Part shown: positions 1 through 9,243 of the stretch, piece after piece
Numbering within the stretch: position 1 is the stretch's first letter
Layout: each line of letters begins with the position of its first letter
From: Parasporobacterium sp.
GTDB lineage: Bacteria; Bacillota; Clostridia; Lachnospirales; Lachnospiraceae
Length of the DNA: 64,000 bases
Direction: 5' to 3'
Assembly: GCA_017510065.1 (NCBI GenBank)
Contig: JAFWOB010000184.1
Span: forward strand, 4,671-68,670
Position numbers and translations under genes: made by a program
Notes under the pieces: model-generated
The model's input: only the letters and a program-made list of their open reading frames with translations
What the model was told of the DNA's origin: nothing
Databases searched by the model: none

Positions 1-1944
1 GAGTTTTTTCACACACAGCATGACATCCCTGTGCCAGGTGTCATTGGTGTATGCCCAGTTGATGATCCGGTTCTCATCCCATTCGCGGTCTTCTGCAAAC
101 TCCTGTCCCATGAACAGAAGTTTCTTGCCCGGATGGGTAAACTGATAAGTATAAAGATTCTTCAGTCCGCTCAGTTTGTCCGGGATCGCACCCGGCATCT
201 TATACAGCATCGGTGCTTTCAGGTGTACCACTTCATCGTGGGACAGCACATTGATAAAATACTCGCTGAAAACGTAGTCTGTCGTATGGGTCAGCTGGTC
301 AAAATGATATTTGCGGTATACAGGATCTTTCTTATAGTAATACAGGGTGTCGTTCATCCAGCCCATATTCCACTTATACATGAATCCCATACCGCCTTCA
401 TAGACCTGTTTTGTGATGCCCTGCTCGGCAGAGGAATCCTCGGCGATCAGGAAGGCGCCGGTCCGTTCGATCACTTCCTTGTTCAGCTGTTTCATGAAGG
501 CTATGCTGTCCAGGTTAAGGGAGCCGCCGAATTTGTTGGGTCTCCACTCGGCGCGGCTGAAATTGGTATAGATCATGGCAGCCACCGCATCCACCCGGAG
601 AGCATCCGCATGGAACTCCCGGATCCAGTAGAACGCACTGGAGATCAGGAAACTCCGTACTTCCGGCCTGGAATGGTCAAAAGCTTTGGTGCCCCATTCC
701 GGATATTCCGCCAGCAGCGGATCTTCGGATTCATAAGACGGGGATCCATCGAAATTGTCCAGGCCAAACGCATCTTTTGGAAAATGCGCCGGTACCCAGT
801 CGATGATGACGCCGATTCCGCGGCTGTGCATTTTATCAATGAAATATTTCAGATCGTCCGGATTGCCGTGACGGCTGGAGGGGGAGAAATATCCGGTCAC
901 CTGATAGCCCCAGGACCCGTCGAAGGGGTATTCGCAGATGCCCATGACTTCTACATGGGTGAATCCCATATAAACCACGTAATCCGCCAGTTCATCCGCC
1001 AGATCCCGGTAGTTGAGGAAGCCATCCTTGTTCAGGCTGTAGTTCTTCTTCCAGGAGCCCAGATGGACTTCATAAATAGACATGGGCTTTTCCCTGGTCA
1101 GTTCTGCTGCCGCCCGGTTGATCAGAGCGACTTTTTCTTCCTGGGAAAGATCATGATACGGCTTCGGATCTATCCTTACAATCCCTTCCTGGGCTTTCGC
1201 CACTGCCTGATCGATCTTCTTCTGCCATTTGGCTTCTTCTTTTTCTTTAGCAGCCTTTTTCAGTTCTTCCTGTTTCTTTAATTCCTCTTCTGTAAGAGGT
1301 TTTTTCTGCTCCTTGTCAGGCTTTACGGAGGCTCCTTCTTTTTCCTCTTTGGCTTTTGCCTTTTCCTCTGCCGCCTTTCTTTCTGCCATGATCTTTTCAG
1401 TGGCATACCACTTTGCATCATCCATACTCTTCTTATAGATATAAGAAGCTTCCCTCTCCTGGATATCCTTGATCTTATCTGCGATCTTCGCCGGCATTTC
1501 CTCCGGCGCGGATACCTGGATCCTGTCGTCGTGGATACCGGGCCTCAGATCCTGCATATAAGCACCGTCTGTCCACTCATATTCATGCAGGCCCCAGACC
1601 ACAGACCCGTTGGCCGGCCGCAGTTCGGAATAAAATGCATATGGATCCGCTTTGAACCTGGTCACGCCATCTGCTCCGTCAATCAGGTATTTATAGCAGG
1701 TTCCTTTGTTGACATTGGGAACAAACACCTCCCAGATGCCATGCTCCGTTTTGCTCATCCGCACGATCTTTCCGTCGCTGTAGGCGTCAAAGATCGCCAC
1801 CGAAACATTTTGCGCTTTCTCTGCCCAAACCGCAAAATGAACGCCTTCTTTCCCGTTCTCCGTACAGGTATGGGCGCCTAATTTCTTATAGGCATCATAC
1901 AAGGTTCCCTGATGAAACAGATAGCTGTCGTATTCTGAAAACAT
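1..1944 (-). CDS. glgB: 1,4-alpha-glucan branching enzyme; the 3' end runs off the left edge of the window
   Basis: Absent from the supplied ORF track because it is edge-truncated. My translation of the minus strand from ATG 1944-1942 (GGTGAG upstream) is open to base 1 (648 codons). It reads MFSEYDSYLFHQGTLYDAYKKLGAH..HFAVWAEKAQNVSV..FKADPYAF..PMSIYEVHLGSW..GFTHVEVMGICEYPFDGSWGYQVTGYF..GVIIDWVPAHFPKD..LRVDAVAAMIY..FLIAEDSS, which are the canonical GlgB motifs. The + ORF 31..1281 is its antisense shadow. Confidence 0.9.
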   Translation of the reverse strand, partial: MFSEYDSYLFHQGTLYDAYKKLGAHTCTENGKEGVHFAVWAEKAQNVSVAIFDAYSDGKIVRMSKTEHGIWEVFVPNVNKGTCYKYLIDGADGVTRFKADPYAFYSELRPANGSVVWGLHEYEWTDGAYMQDLRPGIHDDRIQVSAPEEMPAKIADKIKDIQEREASYIYKKSMDDAKWYATEKIMAERKAAEEKAKAKEEKEGASVKPDKEQKKPLTEEELKKQEELKKAAKEKEEAKWQKKIDQAVAKAQEGIVRIDPKPYHDLSQEEKVALINRAAAELTREKPMSIYEVHLGSWKKNYSLNKDGFLNYRDLADELADYVVYMGFTHVEVMGICEYPFDGSWGYQVTGYFSPSSRHGNPDDLKYFIDKMHSRGIGVIIDWVPAHFPKDAFGLDNFDGSPSYESEDPLLAEYPEWGTKAFDHSRPEVRSFLISSAFYWIREFHADALRVDAVAAMIYTNFSRAEWRPNKFGGSLNLDSIAFMKQLNKEVIERTGAFLIAEDSSAEQGITKQVYEGGMGFMYKWNMGWMNDTLYYYKKDPVYRKYHFDQLTHTTDYVFSEYFINVLSHDEVVHLKAPMLYKMPGAIPDKLSGLKNLYTYQFTHPGKKLLFMGQEFAEDREWDENRIINWAYTNDTWHRDVMLCVKKL

Positions 1945-2012
1945 ATTCTCACCGCCAATTCATTTTTAATAGTTTACTGCACCCTCTTCGCGTAAAGACC
2001 TGTCCCCACTGA

Positions 2013-3368
2013 TCAGAATCTTCCGCCTGCATCACTTCTTTCCAGATTGACAAATCTGGTGTACTTGGGCTGCCAGCCCAGTTTGACCGTTCCCGTAGGA
2101 CCATTCCTCTGCTTTGCTATGATCACTTCCGCGATATTCTTCTCCGGTGAATCTTCATTGTAGTAGTCGTCGCGGTACAGGAACATGATCACGTCCGCAT
2201 CCTGTTCGATCGCGCCGGATTCACGGATATCCGCCAGCATGGGCCTGTGATCGGCTCTGGCTTCCACCGCACGGTTCAGCTGCGACAGAACGATGATCGG
2301 AACATTCAGTTCCCTGGCCAGGGATTTCAATCCACGGGAAATGTCGGAGACTTCCTGCTGCCGGTTGTCGCTTCTGGATCCGCTGCCGCTCATCAGCTGG
2401 ATGTAGTCGATAATGATCAGTTTGATGTCCTGTTCCAGCTTGTACTTGCGGCACTTGGACCTGACATCCGCCACTTTGATCCCGGGAGTATCATCGATGA
2501 TCAGTTTGGAGGTTCCGATGGCCTCCGAGCTCTCCATCAGGGCTTCCCAATCCCGGTCGGACAGATCGCCGGACCTTAAGTTCTGGGCGTCGATCTGTGA
2601 CTCCATTGCCAGCATTCTGTTCACCAGCTGTCCGGCAGACATTTCCAGGGAGAAGATGGCAACCGATTCTTTCTTTTTCACGGTCACGTAATCCGCTATG
2701 GTCAGAACAAATGCGGTCTTTCCCATGGAAGGACGTGCCGCAACCAGGATAAAGTCCGAAGGCTGAAGTCCTGCCGTCTTATAATCCAGATCCGCAAACC
2801 CCGTCGCAAGTCCTGTGATATGCCCCTTTGTCCGGGAAGCTTCTTCGATCTTTCTAAGAACATCCGTCACGATATCCGCGATTGGCATGAACTCCTTGGT
2901 ATTCCGGGACTGAACGAGATTGAAGATCTTCTTCTCCGTATCATCCAGGATATCATCAAGTTTTCCGCTCTGCGCATAGCAGTCGGACGCGATCTCTTCC
3001 GATGTCCGGATCAGCCTTCTGAGCGTTGATTTCTCATAGACGATCCTCGCATACTGCTGTGCATTCACGGAAGAATAGACACTGCTGATGATATCTTTGA
3101 TCAGATCCTCGCTGCGGACTTCCTCCGGCACACCGTTTTCCTTCATCCTGTCCAGGACGGTTACCGGATCCACAGCCCTGTTTTCCCGAAACAGCGCTGC
3201 GATGGCATCAAAAACAGCTCCGTTCTGCTTATAATAGAAGTCTTCCCCGGTCAGTAGCTCCACCACCGGACCGATCACTTCATTGTCGATAAACATCGCG
3301 CCAAGCACGGATTGTTCGGCTTTTATATCGTTGGGCATGACCCGTTTGAGCAGTTCATCATCCGCCAT
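2013..3368 (-). CDS. dnaB: replicative DNA helicase (DnaB family; called DnaC in Firmicutes)
   Basis: 451 aa. N-terminal DnaB domain (AEQSVLGAMF), Walker A ARPSMGKTAF, LIIIDYIQLM and VLSQLNR motifs. Lies directly downstream of rplI. Confidence 0.95.
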   Translation of the reverse strand: MADDELLKRVMPNDIKAEQSVLGAMFIDNEVIGPVVELLTGEDFYYKQNGAVFDAIAALFRENRAVDPVTVLDRMKENGVPEEVRSEDLIKDIISSVYSSVNAQQYARIVYEKSTLRRLIRTSEEIASDCYAQSGKLDDILDDTEKKIFNLVQSRNTKEFMPIADIVTDVLRKIEEASRTKGHITGLATGFADLDYKTAGLQPSDFILVAARPSMGKTAFVLTIADYVTVKKKESVAIFSLEMSAGQLVNRMLAMESQIDAQNLRSGDLSDRDWEALMESSEAIGTSKLIIDDTPGIKVADVRSKCRKYKLEQDIKLIIIDYIQLMSGSGSRSDNRQQEVSDISRGLKSLARELNVPIIVLSQLNRAVEARADHRPMLADIRESGAIEQDADVIMFLYRDDYYNEDSPEKNIAEVIIAKQRNGPTGTVKLGWQPKYTRFVNLERSDAGGRF

Positions 3369-3389
3369 ACTGTGTCTTTTCCGTTTCTT

Positions 3390-3836
3390 TTATTCTTCTT
3401 CGACCTTCACCAGAAGGCTGGCCGTCACATCTTTATGCAGCTTCACTTTTACCTTGTGTTCTCCCAGGGCCTTGATCGGATCCGCAAGGACGATCTTTTT
3501 CTTATCCAGTTCCAGTCCCGTCTGATCCAATACCGCTGCAGCGATTTCCTTGGAAGCAATGGCTCCGAACAGTTTGCCGCCTTCCCCGACCTTTACCCGG
3601 ATCACGACCGTCTTATCCGCCAGCTGTGCGGCAAGCGCCTGGGCATTTTCCAGGTTTTCCCTTGCCACTTTGGCCTCATTCGCATTTTTCAGCTTCAGGT
3701 TGTTCAGGTTGTCCGGTGTCGCTTCCACGCCTTTCTTCTTGGGAATGATAAAATTCCTTGCATAACCATCGGAAACATCGCAGATGTCGCCTTTTTTTCC
3801 AAGTGACTTAACGTCTTCAAGCAGAATTACTTTCAT
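3390..3836 (-). CDS. rplI: 50S ribosomal protein L9
   Basis: 148 aa. [34 protein letters not shown] is the L9 N-terminal signature. Confidence 0.95.
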   Translation of the reverse strand: MKVILLEDVKSLGKKGDICDVSDGYARNFIIPKKKGVEATPDNLNNLKLKNANEAKVARENLENAQALAAQLADKTVVIRVKVGEGGKLFGAIASKEIAAAVLDQTGLELDKKKIVLADPIKALGEHKVKVKLHKDVTASLLVKVEEE

Positions 3837-3862
3837 GATTGATTCCTCTTTTTATTTCTTTC

Positions 3863-5920
3863 TTATATCAGGTCTTTTTCCTCTATCATCTTCCGGATCG
3901 TAGCGCCGAGAGCCTTTCTGGCATCTTCTACCGTCGTATCTTCCAGCTGGCATCCCGCAATATTCAGATGTCCGCCTCCGCCCATCCGTTCCATGACAAG
4001 CTGAACATTCGTATCTCCGGTGGAACGGGCGCTGATATAGGTCTTTCCCGCTATGTTGGTCAGTACAAAGCTGGCTTTCACACCTTTGATATCAAGCAGT
4101 TCGTTGGCCACCTGGGCCGCGACCACAGTGGGATTAAAGACTCCCTCAGCAGGAGATACAGCCGCGACAAATCCCGGGATGATCTCTTCCGCAGTTTCCA
4201 TGGCAGCTGCCTTGATTCTGGCAGTATCAAGGGTATCCCGGAAGGAATTGTGGACCGCCTGGATATCGATCCCGATCTTACGCAGATATGCCGCCGCTTC
4301 AAAAGTCCTGACTCCGGTGTTTCTGGTAAAGGAGTCCGTATCGATGATGATACCGCCGTACAGTGCCTCTGCTTCCAGTTTGCGCAGGTTGATATTGTCG
4401 GTAATATACTGCAGGATCTCCGTTACCATCTCGCTGGCGGAACTTGCGGTAGGCTCTACATACGACAGGACCAGATTGTCGATCTTTTCGCCGCTCTGCA
4501 GATGATGGTCGATCAGGACAACCGACGAGGTATTCTGTACCAGATCAGGACATTCAAAGAGCTCCGGACGGTTCACATCCACGATCACCAGGGCTGTATC
4601 CTGGGTCACCAAATCTTCTGCCTGCTCCGGGGAAATGAATACTCCCTGGGAATACTCTTCGTCCTCCAGGAACTGTTCGATCACGCCCTGTACGGTATTA
4701 CTGCCGCGGTTTACAATAATATAGGCATGCTTGCCCAGAGACCTGGCGGCCTTATATATACCCACGGAAGCAGCAAACGCGTCGATATCTGCATTCTTAT
4801 GCCCCATGATCACAACCCGTTCCTTAGAGATCAGCACATCCCTGAGGGCGATTGCCTTCACACGGGCCTTGACGCGGGTGTTCTTTTCCACCTGCTTGGT
4901 TTTGCCGCCGTAGAAGTAGACTCTCTCTCCTTCTTTCACCACCACCTGGTCACCGCCTCTTCCCAGGGCAAGTTCCAGCGCGTTATTGGAAGCTGCCTCC
5001 ACCTGGGTATAGTCTTCTCCCACACCGATGCCGATGCTGATGGTGATAACATGCTCGCTGCCCATATCCAGTTTCTTGATCTGGTCCAGGATCTCGAATT
5101 TGTTTCTCTGAAGGCCGGTAAGGTATTTGCGCTTAAAGATCACATAATACCGGTCTCTTTCCAGTTTGCGGACAACTCCTCCCACGTTGCTGAAATAAGC
5201 GCCGATGGTCTTGTCGATCATCGCAGCCTGGACATTTTTCTGCACATCCAGGTCTCTGCTCATGACTTCATCGTAATTATCCACATAGATTGAACCGATC
5301 ACCAACTGCTCCGCCAGGATCCTGCGCATCATGTTCACGATCTCGGTCTCATCAAACAGATAGATCGCGCACAGGGTCATATCATGCTGCGGCATCAGGA
5401 CGATCTTTCCATCAATCAGGTCCTTGGTTACCTTGATATGCTTGATGCACAGCCGGTAATCCCGGTTGTCATAAAAAACGGAGATATTGTTGGAATCCGT
5501 ATCAAAATGAAGATCTCCTTCCGTCAGTTCGTGGAAGATCTGGGTAATATTGTTCAGTCCGGCTTTCTCGTCATAGATTCGACCGAAGATCCTATTGTAG
5601 GCAATGATCCTGCCATCCGGATCCGTCAGCACATAAGGCATGGGAAAGTCGCTGATCAGTTCTCCTTCCAGTCCTCCGTACTGTCTGGCAAACCGGACCA
5701 GTCCCCTTTCCAGGTTGCGGTTATTGATGGCAAAAAACACAGCCAGCGCCAGCACATAAAGGACAAAAGCAGCGGCTGCCACAAGCCCCGTAGGGATATA
5801 GATAAAGAACAGGGCGATCGTAAGTCCCAGAAGGATCAGTCCGAACACAGCGGGAAAGATGAGGTATCCCCGCATGACAACACCCATATTCAGCAGCAGT
5901 TCTTTTTTCTCTTTTTTCAT
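3863..5920 (-). CDS. gdpP: DHH/DHHA1 phosphodiesterase with membrane anchor, GdpP-type cyclic-di-AMP phosphodiesterase
   Basis: 685 aa. Two N-terminal hydrophobic helices and a PAS/degenerate-GGDEF-like middle. DHH motifs (GHKNADIDAFAAS, VLIDHH) and the DHHA1 GGGGH motif. Conserved position between rpsR and rplI. Confidence 0.85.
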   Translation of the reverse strand: MKKEKKELLLNMGVVMRGYLIFPAVFGLILLGLTIALFFIYIPTGLVAAAAFVLYVLALAVFFAINNRNLERGLVRFARQYGGLEGELISDFPMPYVLTDPDGRIIAYNRIFGRIYDEKAGLNNITQIFHELTEGDLHFDTDSNNISVFYDNRDYRLCIKHIKVTKDLIDGKIVLMPQHDMTLCAIYLFDETEIVNMMRRILAEQLVIGSIYVDNYDEVMSRDLDVQKNVQAAMIDKTIGAYFSNVGGVVRKLERDRYYVIFKRKYLTGLQRNKFEILDQIKKLDMGSEHVITISIGIGVGEDYTQVEAASNNALELALGRGGDQVVVKEGERVYFYGGKTKQVEKNTRVKARVKAIALRDVLISKERVVIMGHKNADIDAFAASVGIYKAARSLGKHAYIIVNRGSNTVQGVIEQFLEDEEYSQGVFISPEQAEDLVTQDTALVIVDVNRPELFECPDLVQNTSSVVLIDHHLQSGEKIDNLVLSYVEPTASSASEMVTEILQYITDNINLRKLEAEALYGGIIIDTDSFTRNTGVRTFEAAAYLRKIGIDIQAVHNSFRDTLDTARIKAAAMETAEEIIPGFVAAVSPAEGVFNPTVVAAQVANELLDIKGVKASFVLTNIAGKTYISARSTGDTNVQLVMERMGGGGHLNIAGCQLEDTTVEDARKALGATIRKMIEEKDLI

Positions 5921-6029
5921 GTCCCGTTTTCCTTAAGGAACATACGTCCTGTTGTCGGTTTCTGCATCGCATTCTTTTAGGAATGTATTATAACATATAA
6001 ACATACTCCAGAACAATTTATTTCCTGTA

Positions 6030-6067
6030 AAACATAAAAACAGCTCCGGCAGATTGTGCCGGAGCTG
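6030..6067 (-). terminator. intrinsic terminator after rpsR
   Basis: On the minus strand: CAGCTCCGGCA-caat-cTGCCGGAGCTG followed by TTTTTATGTTTT. Confidence 0.7.
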
Positions 6068-6116
6068 CAGTTGTTCCTGATATCGCAGACGATATCTCCG
6101 TACCTGCCGGAAAGGA

Positions 6117-6383
6117 TCAGTCTACGGAATAAGGCATCAGGGCAATATGGCGTGCTCTCTTGATAGCAGTGGTAATGCTTCTCTGATGCTTTGCACAGGT
6201 ACCTGTGATTCTTCTCGGAAGGATCTTGCCTCTTTCAGAGACGTATTTCTTCAGAGTTGCTACATCCTTGTAGCTGATCTCCTGTGCTTTTTCTCCACAG
6301 AAAATACAGACTTTCTTTCTTCTGCGGATATTCGGGCGTCTCCTCATGGGAGCTCCCTCTTTATCAGTCTTGTTAAATGCCAT
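6117..6383 (-). CDS. rpsR: 30S ribosomal protein S18
   Basis: 88 aa. [12 protein letters not shown]...[31 protein letters not shown] is typical S18. Confidence 0.95.
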   Translation of the reverse strand: MAFNKTDKEGAPMRRRPNIRRRKKVCIFCGEKAQEISYKDVATLKKYVSERGKILPRRITGTCAKHQRSITTAIKRARHIALMPYSVD

Positions 6384-6438
6384 TTTATGACCTCCTTAGT
6401 CATCTGTACAATCTCTTAAGACTGTACCCAAATCCTGT

Positions 6439-7029
6439 TTAGTTAAATGGCAAACCCTCGTCTTCCAGGGCGTCTGGGATCTGCATGAATCCCTCGTCTG
6501 CTGCTTCCTGCATCGGAGCGGGCTGCACATTTTCAGGAGGATTCATAAATCCCTGAGAAGGAGCCGGCTGCGGTGCTGCCTGCTGACCTGCGTAGCCCTG
6601 CGGTGCATAGCTTTGCTGCGGGGCCGGCTGCGGCGCTGCCTGTTGTCTCTGATAACCCTGCTGCGGCGCTGCCTGCTGAGTTGCATATCCCTGCTGACCG
6701 CCGGATGCTGCTTTGCTTTCCGCAAATTCGGCATTTTCAACAACTACATCCGTTGTATAAACCTTGGTGCCATCCTGTCTGGTATAGCTGCCGGTCTGGA
6801 TCCTGCCTTCCAGGCACACCTTGGTTCCCTGATGAATATATTTCTCAAAGAACTCTGCTGTCCGCCCGAAAGCCACACAGCTGATGAAATCCGCTGTCGT
6901 TTCGTTGTCTCTTCTGAATCTTCTGTCTACAGCCACCGTGAACCTGGCTACAGCCATCGAATCGCTGCCCTGCGCAAATCTGATCTCCGGATCTCTGGTC
7001 AGACGTCCCATAAGTATTACTTTATTCAT
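6439..7029 (-). CDS. ssb: single-stranded DNA-binding protein
   Basis: 196 aa. OB-fold N-terminus MNKVILMGRLTRDPEIRF, a long Q/P/A-rich linker and an acidic tip EDEGLPFN. Sits between rpsF and rpsR. Confidence 0.95.
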   Translation of the reverse strand: MNKVILMGRLTRDPEIRFAQGSDSMAVARFTVAVDRRFRRDNETTADFISCVAFGRTAEFFEKYIHQGTKVCLEGRIQTGSYTRQDGTKVYTTDVVVENAEFAESKAASGGQQGYATQQAAPQQGYQRQQAAPQPAPQQSYAPQGYAGQQAAPQPAPSQGFMNPPENVQPAPMQEAADEGFMQIPDALEDEGLPFN

Positions 7030-7073
7030 AGTAACTCCTTCTTGTACGAGTGTTAAGTGCCACTTTTAGCTGC

Positions 7074-7367
7074 TTACTCTTCGTCAAGACGAACAACTAA
7101 ATAACGGATAACGCCGTCCATGATACGTAACTGCTGTTCCAGTTCGTTCGGGCAATCGGAATTATCACTCTCGAAGTGAACAAAATAATAGAACGCTTCA
7201 TCCATCTTCTGGATTTCATAAGCAAGTTTTCTCTTGCCCCAGTCGTCAACATCGGTGAAATTGCCGCCGAATCTCTGGATCATGTCTTTGATCTTGTCGA
7301 TGACTGCTGCGCGTTCTTCATCTTCGAGCCTAGCACTTACAACAACTGCTATTTCATATTTGCTCAT
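7074..7367 (-). CDS. rpsF: 30S ribosomal protein S6
   Basis: The track ORF starts at 7466. The internal ATG at 7367 is preceded by AAAGGAGGT and gives MSKYEIAVVVSARLEDEE..., the normal S6 N-terminus (97 aa). Confidence 0.9.
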   Translation of the reverse strand: MSKYEIAVVVSARLEDEERAAVIDKIKDMIQRFGGNFTDVDDWGKRKLAYEIQKMDEAFYYFVHFESDNSDCPNELEQQLRIMDGVIRYLVVRLDEE

Positions 7368-7437
7368 GTTCTCGCACCTCCTTTTGGTCTCTGGCCCCAT
7401 CCCAAAGATGGAGCAAGGAATATTATCACGAGTAGAT

Positions 7438-7466
7438 ATATTATCACAGGCGTAACAGGAATGCAA
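7438..7466 (-). promoter_or_regulatory. sigma-A type promoter of rpsF-ssb-rpsR
   Basis: Minus strand: TTGCAT (7466-7461), 17-nt spacer, TGa-TAATAT (7443-7438). It lies inside the rejected N-terminal extension of the rpsF ORF. Confidence 0.5.
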
Positions 7467-7495
7467 AGGATTTTTTCTGTTTTTCGAAAAGTTCC

Positions 7496-8023
7496 TCAGT
7501 ACTCGATCCCGGACCTGGCACGGATCCCTTCATCAAAGGGATGCCTGATCTTTTTGATCTCTGAAATGTAATCCGCCATGCTGCAGATCTCAGGAGCCGG
7601 ATCCCGTCCTGTCAGCACCACTTCCAACGATTCCGGCTTTTTCTCCAGGAACTCTGTCAGGCGGTCTTTTTCCACGATCTTCAGTTTGACTGCCGCATTG
7701 ATCTCATCCAGGACCAGCAGGTCAAATCCCTCCTGCTGTGCCTTCCGGACAGCGTTTTCAAAATAAGCGCCGTAATACTTTGCAGCTTCCTGCCTGATGG
7801 GATTGTCTTCCTTCCTGATAAATCCGAATTCTTTTTCGATGGGAAGGACTGTAATCCCGGGAATCTTTTCCAGGGAAACAAGCTCTGCAGACCGATTGTT
7901 CTTGAGAAATCTGGCGATCAGTACCTTTTTCCCGGCACCGGCTGCCCGTACCGCCAGCCCGACAGCCGCTGTCGTCTTTCCCTTCCCGTCACCGCAGTAA
8001 ATATGGATAAGCCCTTTTTCCAT
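7496..8023 (-). CDS. cobO: cob(I)yrinic acid a,c-diamide adenosyltransferase (CobA/CobO/BtuR family)
   Basis: P-loop CGDGKGKTTAAVG and family-typical length. Start moved to ATG 8023 (MEKGLIHIY), which removes a Lys-rich extension with no homology. Confidence 0.8.
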   Translation of the reverse strand: MEKGLIHIYCGDGKGKTTAAVGLAVRAAGAGKKVLIARFLKNNRSAELVSLEKIPGITVLPIEKEFGFIRKEDNPIRQEAAKYYGAYFENAVRKAQQEGFDLLVLDEINAAVKLKIVEKDRLTEFLEKKPESLEVVLTGRDPAPEICSMADYISEIKKIRHPFDEGIRARSGIEY

Positions 8024-8119
8024 GTTTTTTCGCCTTTCGGTTTGATTGATGCTTTTCAGTTTATCTTTCTGCTGAGGCTTCGTCAACCCCGCCGCATGGT
8101 GTTATTTTTCCTGTTTTCA

Positions 8120-8147
8120 TTGCAAAAAAGGCGCAGAAATGTATAAT
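8120..8147 (+). promoter_or_regulatory. sigma-A type promoter for the 8181 gene
   Basis: TTGCAA (8120-8125), 16-nt spacer, TATAAT (8142-8147), about 34 nt before the ATG. Confidence 0.55.
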
Positions 8148-8180
8148 ATTAGAGAAAATCTATAAAAGGAACTATTTATT

Positions 8181-9161
8181 ATGGATGCAAAATTAAAAGC
8201 CCGCTGCGATCGGCAGATCACGAACGAAAAAGCTTTAAGAAACATGTCAACGCTTGTATCGGAACCGTCGATCAAGGTAGGTTCCCTGCTGTATACAGCT
8301 CTGGACCTTCCCGTGTCTGACGATAACGTTTATGCCGCACAGCAGATTCTGGAAACAAAAGGCCGCTTTTTTTCCAATTTTCGCGGCGTTCTGCAGGCCC
8401 TGCTCCTTCTCAGGATGGCTGTTTCCAAAAATCCGGAAACATATATTGATACAATCATCGATACCTATAACCAGCTGGAGAAAGAAACAGGTATTTCCGG
8501 TCTTTTCACGGTTCTTTCCTCCGTTATCATCACAGAGCAGCACAAAGATCAGGAGATCGGATCTGTCGTCACACAGGTTGCGGATCTGTTCGGACATATC
8601 CGGAGCAGTCATCCGGAACGTTCCAACGAGTCGGAACTGGCTTACGTGGCGCTGATGTACTGTTCCGGAAAAGCAGATATCGGTCTGGAAGAAGAAAAAG
8701 AAAAAATCTATACCGCATTAAGGGATAAGCTGCAGATTTCCGATGAAGCGGCCCGCGCCACTACCCTTGTTCTCATGACAAACAGCAGATCCGCTGCCGT
8801 AAAGGTGGACGAGTTCGTTGATTTCTATAAGCGCTTACAGTTAACCGGGCACGCCACCGGCAAAAACCAGTATATGTCCATTTACGGTGCATTTGCAGAC
8901 CTGAAATTCCTGGAAGAACTGGACATTCCGGAAAATGAGACGATCGCTGCCATCGGTGAAGTCGATGACTACTTAAAGAAACAGCCCGGGTATGGACCGT
9001 TCTCCATCAAAAAGGACATGCGCAGGGTTCTCGCTGCAGCTTTGACGCTTCAGCATTACACCATTGAGATCCCGCAGGCGCGTATTGCTGATTTTGACCC
9101 GGATGTTTCCATAGAATTGCTTCTTTTCATTGTAATGATGAGTCTCGTGGCAATCAGCTGA
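8181..9161 (+). CDS. hypothetical protein (possibly DUF4003-like; helical, with a hydrophobic C-terminal tail)
   Basis: 326-aa ORF with its own promoter and a downstream terminator. The family assignment is from memory only and is not verified. Confidence 0.6.
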   Translation: MDAKLKARCDRQITNEKALRNMSTLVSEPSIKVGSLLYTALDLPVSDDNVYAAQQILETKGRFFSNFRGVLQALLLLRMAVSKNPETYIDTIIDTYNQLEKETGISGLFTVLSSVIITEQHKDQEIGSVVTQVADLFGHIRSSHPERSNESELAYVALMYCSGKADIGLEEEKEKIYTALRDKLQISDEAARATTLVLMTNSRSAAVKVDEFVDFYKRLQLTGHATGKNQYMSIYGAFADLKFLEELDIPENETIAAIGEVDDYLKKQPGYGPFSIKKDMRRVLAAALTLQHYTIEIPQARIADFDPDVSIELLLFIVMMSLVAIS

Positions 9162-9182
9162 GAACAATATTATATGTAAACC

Positions 9183-9220
9183 AAAAAGCGGGAAGCCATA
9201 TGGGTTTCCCGCTTTTTTTA
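9183..9220. terminator. bidirectional intrinsic terminator between convergent genes
   Basis: AAAAAGCGGGAA-gccatatggg-TTTCCCGCTTTTTTT, with A-run and T-run flanks. Confidence 0.75.
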
Positions 9221-9243
9221 TGCAATTATTGTAATTAATTGCG

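Noticed and set aside
31-1281. 416-aa + strand ORF at the left edge
   Set aside because: It is the antisense shadow of glgB. The minus-strand translation carries all branching-enzyme motifs, whereas this ORF has no recognisable motif and odd composition (H/F/R/I-rich).
3839-5293. 484-aa + strand ORF opposite gdpP
   Set aside because: It is antisense to a well-supported DHH/DHHA1 gene. It has no SD or motifs. The same reasoning applies to other long shadows: 15562..16950 (+), 25148..26137 (-), 38901..40454 (-), 48686..50347 (+), 33202..34326 (+) and 23103..23852 (-).
6543-6743. Repetitive DNA (CTGCGGCGCTGCCTG-type) inside ssb as a mobile or intergenic repeat
   Set aside because: It encodes the Q/P/A-rich flexible linker typical of SSB (QQAAPQ.. 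repeats), so it is in-frame low-complexity coding sequence.
7368-7466. N-terminal extensions of track ORFs (rpsF 7466, cobO 8086, mogA 14239, TPR 56886, cell-wall-binding protein 50473, 447-aa protein 31605, anti-sigma 38193, mscS 37869, IDH 25184)
   Set aside because: In each case an internal ATG with a proper Shine-Dalgarno sequence gives the canonical N-terminus or a signal peptide. The upstream part overlaps promoters, repeats or the preceding gene.
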